64,000 bases of DNA from Chiloscyllium plagiosum (taxonomy: Eukaryota): NCBI RefSeq assembly GCF_004010195.1, contig NC_057750.1:11569144-11633143 (forward strand), read 5' to 3'. Below the pieces are notes generated by a model. The model had not been told where the DNA came from. It made no database searches and saw only the letters and a program-made list of their open reading frames with translations. Made by a program: the position numbers and the translations under genes. Each line of letters opens with the position of its first letter. Position 1 is the first letter of the stretch. Below are positions 51,048-63,339 of this stretch, one piece after another.

Positions 51048-51502
51048 GTTGCTGCATTTGAGTCTGTCGCCATGATTAATGATCTTCTGACCCTCATGGC
51101 ACCGGGCCTTCTAGCAAACTTTGGCCACTGCGGGTTCAGATCTTCTGTTGTGCGCATATACCTCTACCTGAGGTTCTGCTTCGTCCTGCCTTAAAAAAAT
51201 CAGTCTACGGTCTTTGTGATACAGAAAATTGGCCAGTTTAAAAGATGTAACGCTAAAGTACGCCCATCAAGCCAACTAATCAGGCTCTCCGGTTTGCTAG
51301 AGGAGCGTTCAACTTAATCCATCCTAGTCCAAACTCCCCTCAAATATTCCACAATCAAGCACCACATGTATCCTGATTTGGGCTTTCTGTGTTTGGAAGA
51401 TCTGCTAGACACAACGAGAAATGAACATAATTAGACCAACCTGCGTCTTCTAGATCTTCTAGATCTCTCTGGGGGCAGAGACGGCTAATCTGTTCTGTAA
51501 AG
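51048..51502 (+). other. SRSF7: Poison (PTC-containing) cassette exon of the SRSF7-like gene
   Basis: Acceptor ctttcag|, in-frame RLLHLSLSP then TGA at 51073-51075, weak donor AAG|GTTAAT. Same position (between zinc-knuckle exon and first RS exon) and about the same size as SRSF3/SRSF7 poison exons. Region is repeat-free. Confidence 0.85.
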
Positions 51503-51729
51503 GTTAATTTCTTATCAGGAGTAGTTTTTAATTTTACAAGCCTTTTTTTATAAAAAACGTATTTAATTTTAATGTGCCTTTTTAACACTTCAATAACTGG
51601 CTGTATGAATCCACATTTAATTTTTTTAAAATAACTGTTTTGATAATATTTTGACATCTTGTGCAGCGTGGCTAGCTGTCACAGGTGTCCTTGCACCACA
51701 TGAGCTTATTATACTCTCTTCTGTTTTAG

Positions 51730-51816
51730 TCGATCTCGATCTAGGTCTCGTTCCCGTTCGAGATCCAGATCAAGGGGGCGTCGTTACACCAGATCCCGCA
51801 GCCGCAGCCGCGATCG
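51730..51816 (+). CDS. SRSF7: SRSF7-like exon 4 (RS domain)
   Basis: ttttag|T...CG|gtaagt, 87 nt. Encodes (S)RSRSRSRSRSRSRSRGRRYTRSRSRSRD. Confidence 0.95.
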
Positions 51817-51925
51817 GTAAGTCACTGGACTTGCCTTTGGAGTTTGCGGTTTATTGGAACAGGAGCTTGCTTTTATTTTTCCTTCAGAGACTGGTCTCCT
51901 GCAAATAATTTCTTTTCAATTGCAG

Positions 51926-51970
51926 CCGCACTCGTTCCCGTTCTCCTTCGTACTCTAAGAAGAGAAGTCG
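51926..51970 (+). CDS. SRSF7: SRSF7-like exon 5 (RS domain)
   Basis: ttgcag|C...CG|gtgagt, 45 nt. Encodes (R)RTRSRSPSYSKKRS. Confidence 0.9.
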
Positions 51971-53028
51971 GTGAGTGGCAATCAGCAACCTTAAAATTAG
52001 AGCCAGGCTGTTCAGGGATGTTGTCGGGAAGTATTTTCTCATATAAAGAGGAGCAGAAATCTGGAACTCAAAAGTATTTGATGCTGGATGTCAATTAAAA
52101 ATGTCAAAACTGAGTTTGAAAAGATTTTGTTAGGTAAAGGTATTAATGGATATTGAACAAAGGTAGGTAGGTCGAGTTGAGATACAGATTATCATGGCCT
52201 AATTGAATGGTGGAGCAGGCTCAAGGTGCTGAATGGCTCACTTCTGTTCCTATGAAATTTGTGGCAGGAGCACTTTTTACTGCTTTGGGAGCAGGAAGCA
52301 GAATGAAATGGGATATGAATTTGCAAACAAAGAATGTGGTGCTAGAAAAGCACAGCCATGTATTTGGAGAGTATGGATTCCTGGGGTTCTAAGTATTTTT
52401 GAAAGCTTTGGTATTATTTTGCTGAAGGAGGAAAATCTGCTTCAAAAGTTAGAATAAATTTACCAAGAAGGGGCATGGGAGTGAGTCTGAGGCTGTTTAA
52501 TATATTGGTTAGAACTTTGATACAGTGAAACCCAGTAGGAATAGTGTATGATCCAGCATAACTCAGTATATGAAGTGAAGTAACAATAACCTGCCTGAAT
52601 GCCTTTTTCAAAATGGCAGCAACTGTTAATGCACACACTCTCAGATCCTCTGCCATTGTATACAAAGGCCACAGTGCAGTATTGAACTGAGTTTCAATGA
52701 GGTGCAGAGGATGCAGGTCCAGTTGAGGTTTTGAGGCTAGTCAAAGGGAAAGACCATAGTGAGGATGTTGGCGGAGAAGTGAAGACTTGGGGAGAGAGGG
52801 CGCGAAGTGAGGTTGCACAAGGGAGAATTCTTATCTCATCCTCCTTTTTCCCCCTCTTGCCTGACACCGTTCACATCCGCATCCTATTTAAACTGGGACC
52901 CAAACCTGTTTAAAAATGCAAACACAAATTTAAGTGGTGCGTAGCGCACATGCGCTAATGTCTGCACACAGCCTTTACAATATCACGTGTATGGTGTGAT
53001 TTTAGGAGCCAACCTTATCTCTCTGCAG

Positions 53029-53076
53029 GTCCCTTACTCCATTAAGGTCCAAGTCCAGATCCCCAATTGGGAGAAG
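53029..53076 (+). CDS. SRSF7: SRSF7-like exon 6 (RS domain)
   Basis: ctctgcag|G...AG|gtaggt, 48 nt. Encodes (R)SLTPLRSKSRSPIGR. Confidence 0.88.
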
Positions 53077-54039
53077 GTAGGTGGAATTTTGTTCTGTTCA
53101 GACTATAGCTCAGGAATGTTAACATTTCTAAGTAAATTACTGTGGGAGGGTGGGAATAAGAATGACCTATCTCTTGAAGGCTTTGGGGAGGATACTGAAC
53201 TTAGCTCCCAAACAACATTAGTGAGTCAAATCATGCACAAAGTTCCACGTTCATTCCTGGTCAGTGCTTATTTGACCAAAATTAGTGTGATATTGGCATT
53301 TATTTCATCTCTGCATCCCTGGGTTGGGAAGAAAGATTTCTGTGTCTTGATCATTATCCAGTCTCTCCTGATAAAGTCACTCGTGGACCAGACACCAGAA
53401 ATAGCTCAAGTGTGAATCCCTCTTATATGTCAGCCATTGCATTGTAGATCAGTAGTTAATTGGACAAGCTAGTGGAATAGTTGAATTATCATCAGGAAGG
53501 AAAACAATTAGCTAGAAATTAAGACCCCAGGTACTTAAGAATTGGGGACAAGCATATGCCACTCTGCCCTTAGATCGTGTGCTGCCATTCAATAAGATCA
53601 TTCCTGATCTAAGATAGATGTGATTTGTGTAATCATTTAGCAAGAACAAACAGCAGCCTTAACGTAAAACTGTGTAAACACATTCCAGGTGGTGCAATCA
53701 GATAAAAATTATCACCGATCCAAGGAAGGATATAGGGCTGACTGAAGGTTTGGTGAAAGGTAGTTTTTTTTTTTAAGGACACAAATGACTAGAATATTTT
53801 TCCCACACCAACTTTATCCCCATCTTTCCAAAGGCTATTACCTGCTTGATGCCTGATGAACGCGTAAGTACAATGCACTTTACTTTTGAGAGTCTTGACT
53901 GTAAGTGTTGATGGACCATTTGACTGCAGGAGGTATTTCACCTAAGTCTAATCCAGTCATTACCAGCACAGATTATGTGGAAATAGACAATTAGGAAAAC
54001 ATGCCTGGGTCAAAATAAGTTGCCAACTATCTACGTGCT

Positions 54040-54740
54040 CCATCAACATCAAGACCACCTATTTCTTTATCCGTAACATCAACTCAACACCTGCTTGAGC
54101 TCATGCTGCTGAAACCCTCATTCATGCCTCATTATCTCCAGACATGACTATTGCCTTCTCCAATCCTATAACAGTACTGTAACAAGAACTGGCCCTTTGG
54201 TCAGCCATGTCTGTGGTGACCATGATACCATTCTAAATTAATCCCAACTGCCTGCACATGGTCCATATCCCTCCATCTCTGCTTCATGTTCTTCAATCAG
54301 ACAAGAACTTAAGCTCATCCCAAACTTTGCCCGTGTCCAAACCCACAGAACCTGGTTTGCCCATCAGTTTGTATTCCATGACCTACCCTGACTGCCAGTC
54401 CAACAAGCTTTCAATTTTCAAATACTCTTTGTTCTCAAACTCGCCCTTCCATACCTTTGTAAGCTCTCCCAGCAGCGAGTCTTCAAAGACCTTAGTGCTG
54501 CTTTTATACTGTTTAATTGTTCCATCATTGGCTCTGTTCCTTCAACTGCCTAGGCCATGACCTCTGAAATTCCCTCCTTAAACAAATTACGTCTCTACCT
54601 CCTTTTTTTTAATTAAGCTCTTTATAGTTCATTTTCCTCATTTGTCCTAATTATCTTCTGTAGTTTAGTGTCACATTTTGTTTGATGATCATTCTTGTAA
54701 AATGCGTAGGGACATTTTACTGCATTAAAGGATCTATATA
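54040..54740 (+). mobile_element. Old L2-like LINE 3' fragments
   Basis: AAETLIHA..ISRHDY resembles the L2 RT C-terminal motif. Confidence 0.5.
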
Positions 54741-55857
54741 ATTTGTTGAATCTTTCTAATCTAAGGTTGGTGGAGCCAGCCTAGCACTGTCCTGGGATTG
54801 AACTGTACCTTAATGTGCATGTCAGTGACTTGCTACGCAAATCTGTTGCCTCATAACTTGATCTCTAGTGACATATGAGCAGCCTGTAGCAGAAAATATC
54901 TGTTTTGGAAATCTGGAGTTTCCTTTTAAACTGCCAGAGGCATCCTTTACAGTGAAGTGTTCCTTCATATACTGTCTTGAAATTAATTTTGACAGGAAAT
55001 GTTTTGATTGACTCTTGCTGAGAGTCTTAAGTGCTAAAATAATTATTTTTGTATAATGTATTATGTTGAAGTAATTGAAACTTGCATAAATGATGAGCTC
55101 TCTTCCTAAATATCCTGATCAGTACTTGGTTATTCCATGAAGTGTGGTGGCTATGTACCTGTCAACTGCGTACTAGGGAAGCATTGCTGAGCATTTCCAC
55201 CTACTGTGCTCACTACAGAGTGATCAAGAGTGTTGATCCCTATCTCACTGGAGATGATGGAACCAAGGATGCCATGTTGGCCTATAACAGGATTTATTCC
55301 ATAACCAACGTTTGACGTTATGGACTTTGGGTAAAGTGGTGGGAGGGATTCCCCTTGTATAGCCTTCATCCACAATACCGTAGTGGGTATTCATAAGTAG
55401 TGGGTACGCTGGAGGCTGGCCACCAGACTAGAATTGCAGTTCAGTTCACAGATTAGAAAATGGAAAATAATGGATAGATAACTTGTGGGTCAGGGATGGA
55501 ACAAATCGATGTGTACACATAAAGTGTTCCTGGTTCAGACAGTGCAAGGTCTTTTTGATAACTGAAGAGCTTATGACATGGAATGAAAGTTTGATTAGAG
55601 TTAACTGATTGCAACTGGCTGGTTCAAACTTTGAGCAATTGCAACGTGATCAGAGCTGTCAGGGTCATTGTTGCAATGCAAGCAGAACCATGGGTTTTGC
55701 GTGGTTGAAGCGTGACCAGAACTGAGAGACCCAAAGTTGCACTGAGATCAGAGCTTGAGGGAGCAATAAATGCAGTATGACCAGGAAAATGAGCATTAAT
55801 TTGATTATGGTGGGTGTTGGATGCTAGTTGCTTTCATGTTTATCTTTTTGTGTTCAG

Positions 55858-55908
55858 CCCTTCAAGATCACGGTCTCGATCAAGGTCTTTTTCGATTAAA
55901 CGAGAAAG
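55858..55908 (+). CDS. SRSF7: SRSF7-like exon 7 (RS domain)
   Basis: gttcag|C...AG|gtaagt, 51 nt. Encodes (S)PSRSRSRSRSFSIKRE. Confidence 0.9.
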
Positions 55909-56795
55909 GTAAGTCCGTTTTGGCTTAGGTAACAGCACAACTTTCAATTTGTCATTGCCTTTGAGGTAGAACATACCCCGAAGGAATTGAGATGTAATCA
56001 AAAAATGGTTACCCAGTCAGTCATGCAATTGTGAATGGAGTACCTTTGCTCTACAACTACCTAACAGGTAATAGATGTAAGAGGGTGTATGTGGGACAAG
56101 TGGTCACAGGAATGGGGAAGAGCAGGGTCATGAAGACAATTAAACAAATGGCTTTGGTCTTAAATTCAGTTGGGGGAGGAGGAGCTGAGAGCCAATGGAA
56201 AACTATACAAGAGGGATGGTGGGTGCATTGCATGTTGGGGGAGAAACTCCTGTGTTTGAGTAAACTTTATACAATTGGTGGGGGGATGGAAAACCCAGAC
56301 CAATGCTGTTTGTTAGTCTGCAGTTCCAAATTATGGTTGGCTCTGTCTGTACACAATCTGTAGTTTAATTAGGTCAAGCATTTCTTCTCTCACTTAGCTC
56401 ATTGCTGTTATAATAACAAAAACAGCTTGAAAGACGTTATCATTCTGAGTGTGTGCCATCAACAGAATCTGATGTTATTGTTGATTGTTAACTGTAAAAG
56501 GAGATGCAAACTTCAGTATTTAACCTGGTTAAAGATTTAACCTCCTAATCTGGCTTTACACCTGAAATACACTCATTCTATGTGGAAAGTGTAATCATCT
56601 TTAAAGAGCTGAAGTTGAAAATGTGCGAACTCTATTGTCTGGGGAGCAGTAACAATTTGTAATTGAACTGATAAAATCACAGTGGGAGTTCTGCTCCCTG
56701 AACAATTTGTGAAATTATGCAGTTAAATTACTAGATGGGTATCTTGGTTCAGCTACAACAATAGGCTTTTGAGTTAGGATGAATCACTTCTGTAA

Positions 56796-56992
56796 AGTTT
56801 AAAAATTGCACAACACCAGGTTATAGTCCAACAGGTTAAATTGGAAGCACACTAGCTTTAGGAGCAACGCTCCTTCATCAGGTGGTCGCTCCGAAAGCTA
56901 TTGTGCTTCCAATTAAAGCCGTTGGACTATAACCTGGTGTAGTGTGATTTTTAACTTTGTGCACCCCAGTCCAAAACCGGCATTTCCAAATC
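56796..56992. mobile_element. Penelope-like family B fold-back element
   Basis: Inverted arms and a 13-bp TSD ATCACTT(C/T)TGTAA. The - strand hammerhead is intact except G12 to U. Confidence 0.88.
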
Positions 56993-58059
56993 ATCACTTT
57001 TGTAAGTTAGTCGGGTTCCATATTGAGGATTTTAAAATCGAGATTGGAAAATCTAGTTGCCTTTTTAAATTATTTTTTCACGGGCGTAGGCATGACTGGC
57101 TAGGCCTGCATTTATTCCCCATCTCTAATTGCCCTCAAAAGTGTTGGTGTGGTGCCTTTTGAACCACTGCAGTCCAAGTAGATGCTATCGTGAGATAGTT
57201 TGAGTTTGAACCAGTGAAAGACCAGCAATTTAGCTGCAGGTGAAGATTGCTTGTGACTGGTGGGAAGCATGTAGATTATAGCATTGCCATGCATCTGTTA
57301 CCCTCGTCTTTCTAGGTGGTAGAAGTCCTGGGTTTGGGCGGTGCTGTGAAGAAGCATTGGTGAGTTGAATCAATCATCTTGTAGGTGTTACACCCTGGTG
57401 CACTGGTAGTCATTTGAGATGAATGAGATTGGCAAAAGTAGACAACATATCTGTAAGATCTGTGGAATTAGATTAAATGCCAGGAAGTATGTATTTTGCT
57501 AGCCTTTGCTCCCAGGGCAGAGGGAAAAATAGTCACTACTGAGCTCCATTTTCTCAGATTCCTGATCTTGGTATGAACACTGAATCACAGACCATGCTAT
57601 TCTGGTACTTTCATTGTGATCTTGGGAAGTCTAAAAAATTCAGCAGACCTTATCCTGGATTATAGTTGCAGAACCCCATGGTCATGGTATTGAAAGAGTA
57701 GCACAGAGTTCAAATTCCACTGTGGCAATTTGCAAAATTGAACTCAATAAATTGGATAATTAAGGGCTAGCATCTGAAAGCATCCCAGATTGTTCTAAAT
57801 GTCTCCATGTTCATTAATGCCATACCAACAAGTGACTGGTGCTTCACAGTTACGTGGTTCAATCTTAACGTTCACAGGGCAGCCAGGGATACGAGAGCAA
57901 TAAGAGCTTGTCACTGTTGTCTGAATTCTATTTTAAATCTGATTTCTTTTGTGGATGTGTTTAATTTGTTTCACTGACTTTACCTTGATGGGGCATTGTG
58001 AATAGGTTGTGAACTCCGTTCTCCTTGACAGCTGTTTTCCTTTCCTCTCTCTTTTTCAG

Positions 58060-58114
58060 TCGCTCCCCTTCAGAAGGTTCTCGTAAGACCCCAAGTCCTG
58101 GAAGAGATGACTGA
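58060..58114 (+). CDS. SRSF7: SRSF7-like exon 8, coding part with stop
   Basis: Long polypyrimidine tract then cag|T. Encodes (S)RSPSEGSRKTPSPGRDD*, resembling the SRSF7 C-terminus. Joined CDS is 681 nt, 226 aa. Confidence 0.92.
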
Positions 58115-58512
58115 AATGCAAAGACTTTGTGAAGAGTGCAGCAAAGGGGCTCTCGTCATCTGACCACCTTTTAACTAACCTAGATGTTTTAGTGCCTTTT
58201 TACGTGCATGCATTCCACAGAAAAGTGTTCCTACTGTTCACTTAGCACGAGTAAATGTTCTTAATTGAATGTTGTGAAACAATTGTACAGCTTGTTCAAT
58301 GGATCTTCATTAGCTGGCAAGGGTTCAGTAAAAGTACTCGCATTTCTTTGTATTAAATTTTACACATTTATCAAGTACAGAGATTCTGCTTCAGTGAATT
58401 TGTTGCAGTGTGCCAGGTAATGTCATGAAGATTAAATAATTGAGAATTTCTAAAAGGTTCCAAACCAGTTAACTATTTTGTCTCTTTACATCTTTTCTTA
58501 TTAGTGCCCAAT

Positions 58513-58518
58513 AATAAA
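58513..58518 (+). terminator. Candidate polyadenylation signal AATAAA
   Basis: First AATAAA after the stop (~400 nt), followed by a GT-rich stretch at ~58535-58548. ATTAAA variants at 58352 and 58431. Confidence 0.6.
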
Positions 58519-61500
58519 GAGAGGCTTAAAATGTAACTTGTGTGCTCTGAATTTTAATGGTATGATTGAGAGGGTATAAGGCTGGGAGATTCTGAGATGT
58601 AATGAAGCCCCTGCGAAGACTTAATTTGTATCTCCGTAGTAATTGCTGCATAGTTGATTACTGGTGTTTAAGGTTAATCTTGAGTTGTGGTAAGGGAACA
58701 ACTGTTTCAACTTGTACTATGTTAAATGCAACAAATGTTTCAAACCATTTTCAATATTGAGGACAACAATGAGGTGTTGAATGGAATGAGGGTTCCTTGG
58801 TAGGAGGCGATCCCTTGATTAATTAGGAGACGAGGATTGGACCCTAAGTTAGCTTGGGCATGGTAGTATAGTGGACTTGAATGAGAAAGGCAAAGAGTGT
58901 GGGATTTGGTGCATGTCGACTGCATCATTTAAGATCAATTGAAATTGGGGCAATAGAGAATCTGGGCTAATTACGCTGTGAGCTGAACATTGGAAACAGC
59001 TCACAGCTGCCATTGTGTGAAATATTGTAGAGGCAAGTGCACTGTCTTCAATAACCTTATGTAGCAATGTGATGGAACACTATATCAAGATTCACCACCT
59101 CTTGACTGACGGAGAAATGATAACCCTGAAGAATGAAGCCAGAAGTATAGGCTGGTAATAACCACAAGAGGATGGTCCTCTGTTTTACTAGCATTATGTT
59201 GTAAGAACATATTGAGTCTTAATATTGGTCAGGCCTTAATAAGAAAAGTATCTTATTAGCATGTATTTTAAGGATTGACATTTATCATTTTGCAAAAGTC
59301 TTTATTTTGATGAAGAATTTGATCACCTCTCAAATTTCTTGATGTGTTACATGGTGAATTTTTTTAATTACCTTGATGCGTAGAAACTCATGTGCCATAT
59401 AATTGCTGTCATGGACCAACAGGCCAAATAGTTTGTGCTATAGCCTCAGGAATGCTTTCTGGTGATCGCATTGGTAGACTTTTCAGCAGCAAATAATTGG
59501 TTTACTTTATTTGAATTTTTTTTTAACGTCTGTACTGCCTGAGACAGTTTTGTGTCCTGCACATCCATTACAAAACCAGCCCCAAAGTACAGTTTTGTTG
59601 AAGTTAAGGCTCCCCTTTCATTCATAACTGCAAACCTACTGATGTGTATTTTTTAAATGAAGACTCCTGTCTCAATGCTGAACAGGTGAGTTTGCGTGCT
59701 GAAGGTGAAACAAAATTTGTGAATGGTTCATTCAGAAAAGGTGGGGGGGGTGGGGGGAGATAAACGCACACTGGCAGCCAGCATGCCAAATAGGAAAGGT
59801 GAGGGAGAATCCTAAAACAGAACCATTGATAGGTCATCAGTTTTTTTTTGAAGAATTGAAAATAAACTAAGGATGCAACCTCAAGTCATTTAAATTCCTT
59901 CATTATTCATGGCTCTGTTTCGAGTTGCCTAGGCATTAAATTCTGGAATTCCCTCTGTAGGCCTGTTCAACTAACTTTCTTCCAATTTAAGATGCTTCTG
60001 AAAATCCACCTCTTTGGCCAAGCTTTCTCTCTGCACTGTGACTTAACATCTCGTGCTCTCTAATGTTCCCTCCAAGTGTACACCCACACCCAGGGTACTC
60101 GTGACTTGCAGCAACCAGAAGTGGAGTGTGGTCTTCACGAAATAAATTAATTTTATTGTTAATGCTCTTGACAGGGTAATGGAGCAAAAGGTGGTATGTA
60201 GATCTATTTGGATTGTTTATTGAGCCTTGGTCTGTACAGATTGGCTGTTGTTTCCCTAGATTTAACAGGGACTACACTTCAAAAGATTCACATTCATTGG
60301 ATTTAAAACACAGGCCACCTAGGTCTGGAATGGTTCTGTTTTAATTATAAAGTCTCTCTTATAGAACAATACAGCGCAGAACAGGCCAATCGGCCCTCGA
60401 TGTTGCGCCAACCTGTGAACTATTCTCAGCTCATCCTTCTACACTATCCCAAAATCATCCACGTGCTTATCTAAACTTTCTTTAAAGTTGAAGGAAAATT
60501 ATCAACATCTGCAATGTTTTGCTTTTGTACAGAAGGCTGTCTGTGTATGCTTCCCCATATCACACTGTACCCACATTCATCTACACTAGTAACCTTAGCT
60601 CCTGTGTCCAAGCCTGGAAAATATCTATCCCCTTTCAACTGTATTTTTATCATCCCATTTGTCTAGTCTCTCATTTAGCATTACATGGGTTTGTCGAGCC
60701 TTTGACAGTGTGTTCACAATGATGTGTATAGTTAGTGATTATCTCAATTTTCCCTTTTGAAGCTTCCCTTTATAAATTGCCCTCATCTCCATTCTCTAAA
60801 GTCCAGGGGAGCAGATTTGAATGATGATGGTGGCTGTTCATTCCAGAATTATTCTGGAATGCAAAGATAATTCCTAGCTTTTTTTTCTGTACTGCGAATC
60901 TTCATCTTAAACTGTCTCCTGCCCGTCCAATGCTAATGAAAGGAACACATCAGCTTATTTGTCATTAAGATTGAGACTACCTGATCAGTTCCCTGTCTCC
61001 CTTCTAAAACCCCATTAAAACAAATGCATTCAAGCATACCCTCTCCACTCCACTAAACATATTTTTCACTAGTTCCTTATTTCCTTTCATACCTTCTCTA
61101 AACTCATTGTGTCTATGAGATGCACACTGTAATGTCTTGACATTATTCCCATTAAACTCAGCTGATGTTAAGAATGTTACTTTCCTTAGGTTATATTCAT
61201 CCTTCAAATCTGATGTCATCAACTTTTAAAAAGAAAACATTGGTCTCTCACTATTTTTGCAAAATACTGCCCCACTTCCAAACTGTGTTTCCCCTCAAGT
61301 CTTTGATTTAGGAGAAGATGGTCAATTCAATTTCTATTTCCTGGAATCACCCCGCAATACCTTTTGGACTCTCCCAACTGTGGCAAAAGGAACATTAGAG
61401 ACACTATCTGTATGAAGACTGTGTTCAAACAGGTATTTACATCTCAGCAGCACCACCATATTGCCTCATTGCAACACTTCGCCTCACCACCAGAAAATTG

Positions 61501-62664
61501 CCCCATGGAATATTTCACAGAACTGATGCCCAGTTGTTCACTGTACATCACCTTCAATCTAAAAAATATTCACTCCAATGTCCATATTTGAGTACAGTCT
61601 GCAGATAATGTTTTCCTATGCTTTCACTCAGAAACTGACCTCCAGGTTATTGTCAATTCGTTGCCTTGAAACCGATGAGAAAATGGTCCTTTCGTACAAC
61701 ATCTGGAAAACTAAGGCTATCTTTCAACCAGTTCCCATAGCAAAACACCCCACCATATCATGGAAGGCTCCATTCAATGAAGGCAGATATTGAAAACCAG
61801 ATTCATCACTGCCTCCAATATTCCAGCTTAGCTTTCAACTGAGGGGAAATGATCTCCAATCCAAAAACAAATTAATCGTTTATTCAGCAGTAGAGATCAC
61901 TATGCTCTAATATGCATTACAGACATGAACAACTTGCATAGTCCAATGCCTTAGTAAAAGCCTCTAAATCTGTAACAAGCACTGTAAGTGCTGCTTGGCT
62001 AAAAGAGTGCTTTGGAGTTAGATGAAAAGAGGGAGTTAGGAGAGACAGGGACTAAGTCAAGCTGAAAGATTGAGTGTGTTGGTCAGTCTCGGCCCAGACA
62101 GTTCAAGAAAGTGACACAGTCCGAACAGAAATATCCAATTTGTAAATGATACCTGCAGAATATTTTCTTAGAGCTTTAAAGCATAATGTATTGGCTTAAA
62201 TAAAGGTAGGGACTGTTTGCAACAAAGGAAATTCCCTAGCTTGATTAAATTCTCTTTTTAAAGGAAGTAACTAGCTTAATCTAGAGAGATGTCATGACAG
62301 GAGACCTCAAACCCCTGGTGTGCTCCTCCTGCACAATGTGAGATATAAGGGGTGTTTCCTGTGTTCCTGACAACTACATGTGCAAACAGTATATCCGGCT
62401 GCAGCTACTAGTTAATTTTTGCCAAACTGAAACTGTGGGTGGACTCACTGGAGCATCCATAATGTTGTGAATAACACATTTAGTGGTGGTAGTCATTTCT
62501 GCAGGTGAGGATTACACAGGTAGAAAGGGAATGGATGACCATCAAACAAAGGAAGATGCTCAGGAAGGACGTGCAGGAGTCCCCTATGACTATCCACACC
62601 TCAAACAGATAAATTGTTCAGGGTGATGGCCTCTCAGGAAAGCAGTATCAGTCAGGTTATGGTC

Positions 62665-63135
62665 ATAGTCAGACAGCATGGAATCAAACCGTTCAGTCCA
62701 TGTCGACCATAATCCCAAACTAAACCAGTGCCATCTGCCTGTGCTTAGCCCATATCCCTCCAAACGTGTCTTATTCATATTCTTAACCAAATGTCTTTTA
62801 AATGTTGGAACTGTACCTGCATCTGCCACTTTCTCTGAAAGTTCATTTGACACACAAACCACTCTGTTTTTTAAAAAAAGTTGCCTCTCATGTCTTTTTT
62901 TAAATCTTTCCTCCTCTCACCTTAGAAAAATGTCCCCAATCTTGAAAGCCTCCACCCTAAGGAAAAGACATCTGCCATTCACTTTCTCTATCCCTCATGA
63001 CTTTATAAATATCTGTAAATTAACCTCTCAACCTCCTGTGCTCCAGCGAAAAAGTTCCCAGCCTATGCAGCCTTTCCTTATAACTCGAACCTTCCATACC
63101 CGGCAACATCCTGGTAGATCTTCTCTGAACCCTCC
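62665..63135 (-). mobile_element. CR1 3' fragment inserted in a CR1 ORF1 remnant
   Basis: RVQRRSTRMLPGMEG...LRG. ORF1-like flanks at ~62280-62660 and 63140-63240. Confidence 0.85.
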
Positions 63136-63339
63136 CCACAAGTGATAGTACTGTACAGCGGGAGAGGAAAATGAGCAGCAGTGCTTCCATGATAGGGGAT
63201 TCAGTAGTAAGGGTACAACAGACACTTTGTGGCCTCAGATGTGTTAGAGGAGTTGAAATCCTTGAAAATAGATAAGTTGCCAGGACCAATGGATTGTTCC
63301 CTTAGATGGTGGAGGTCAGGGAGGTGATGGCCTAGTGAT

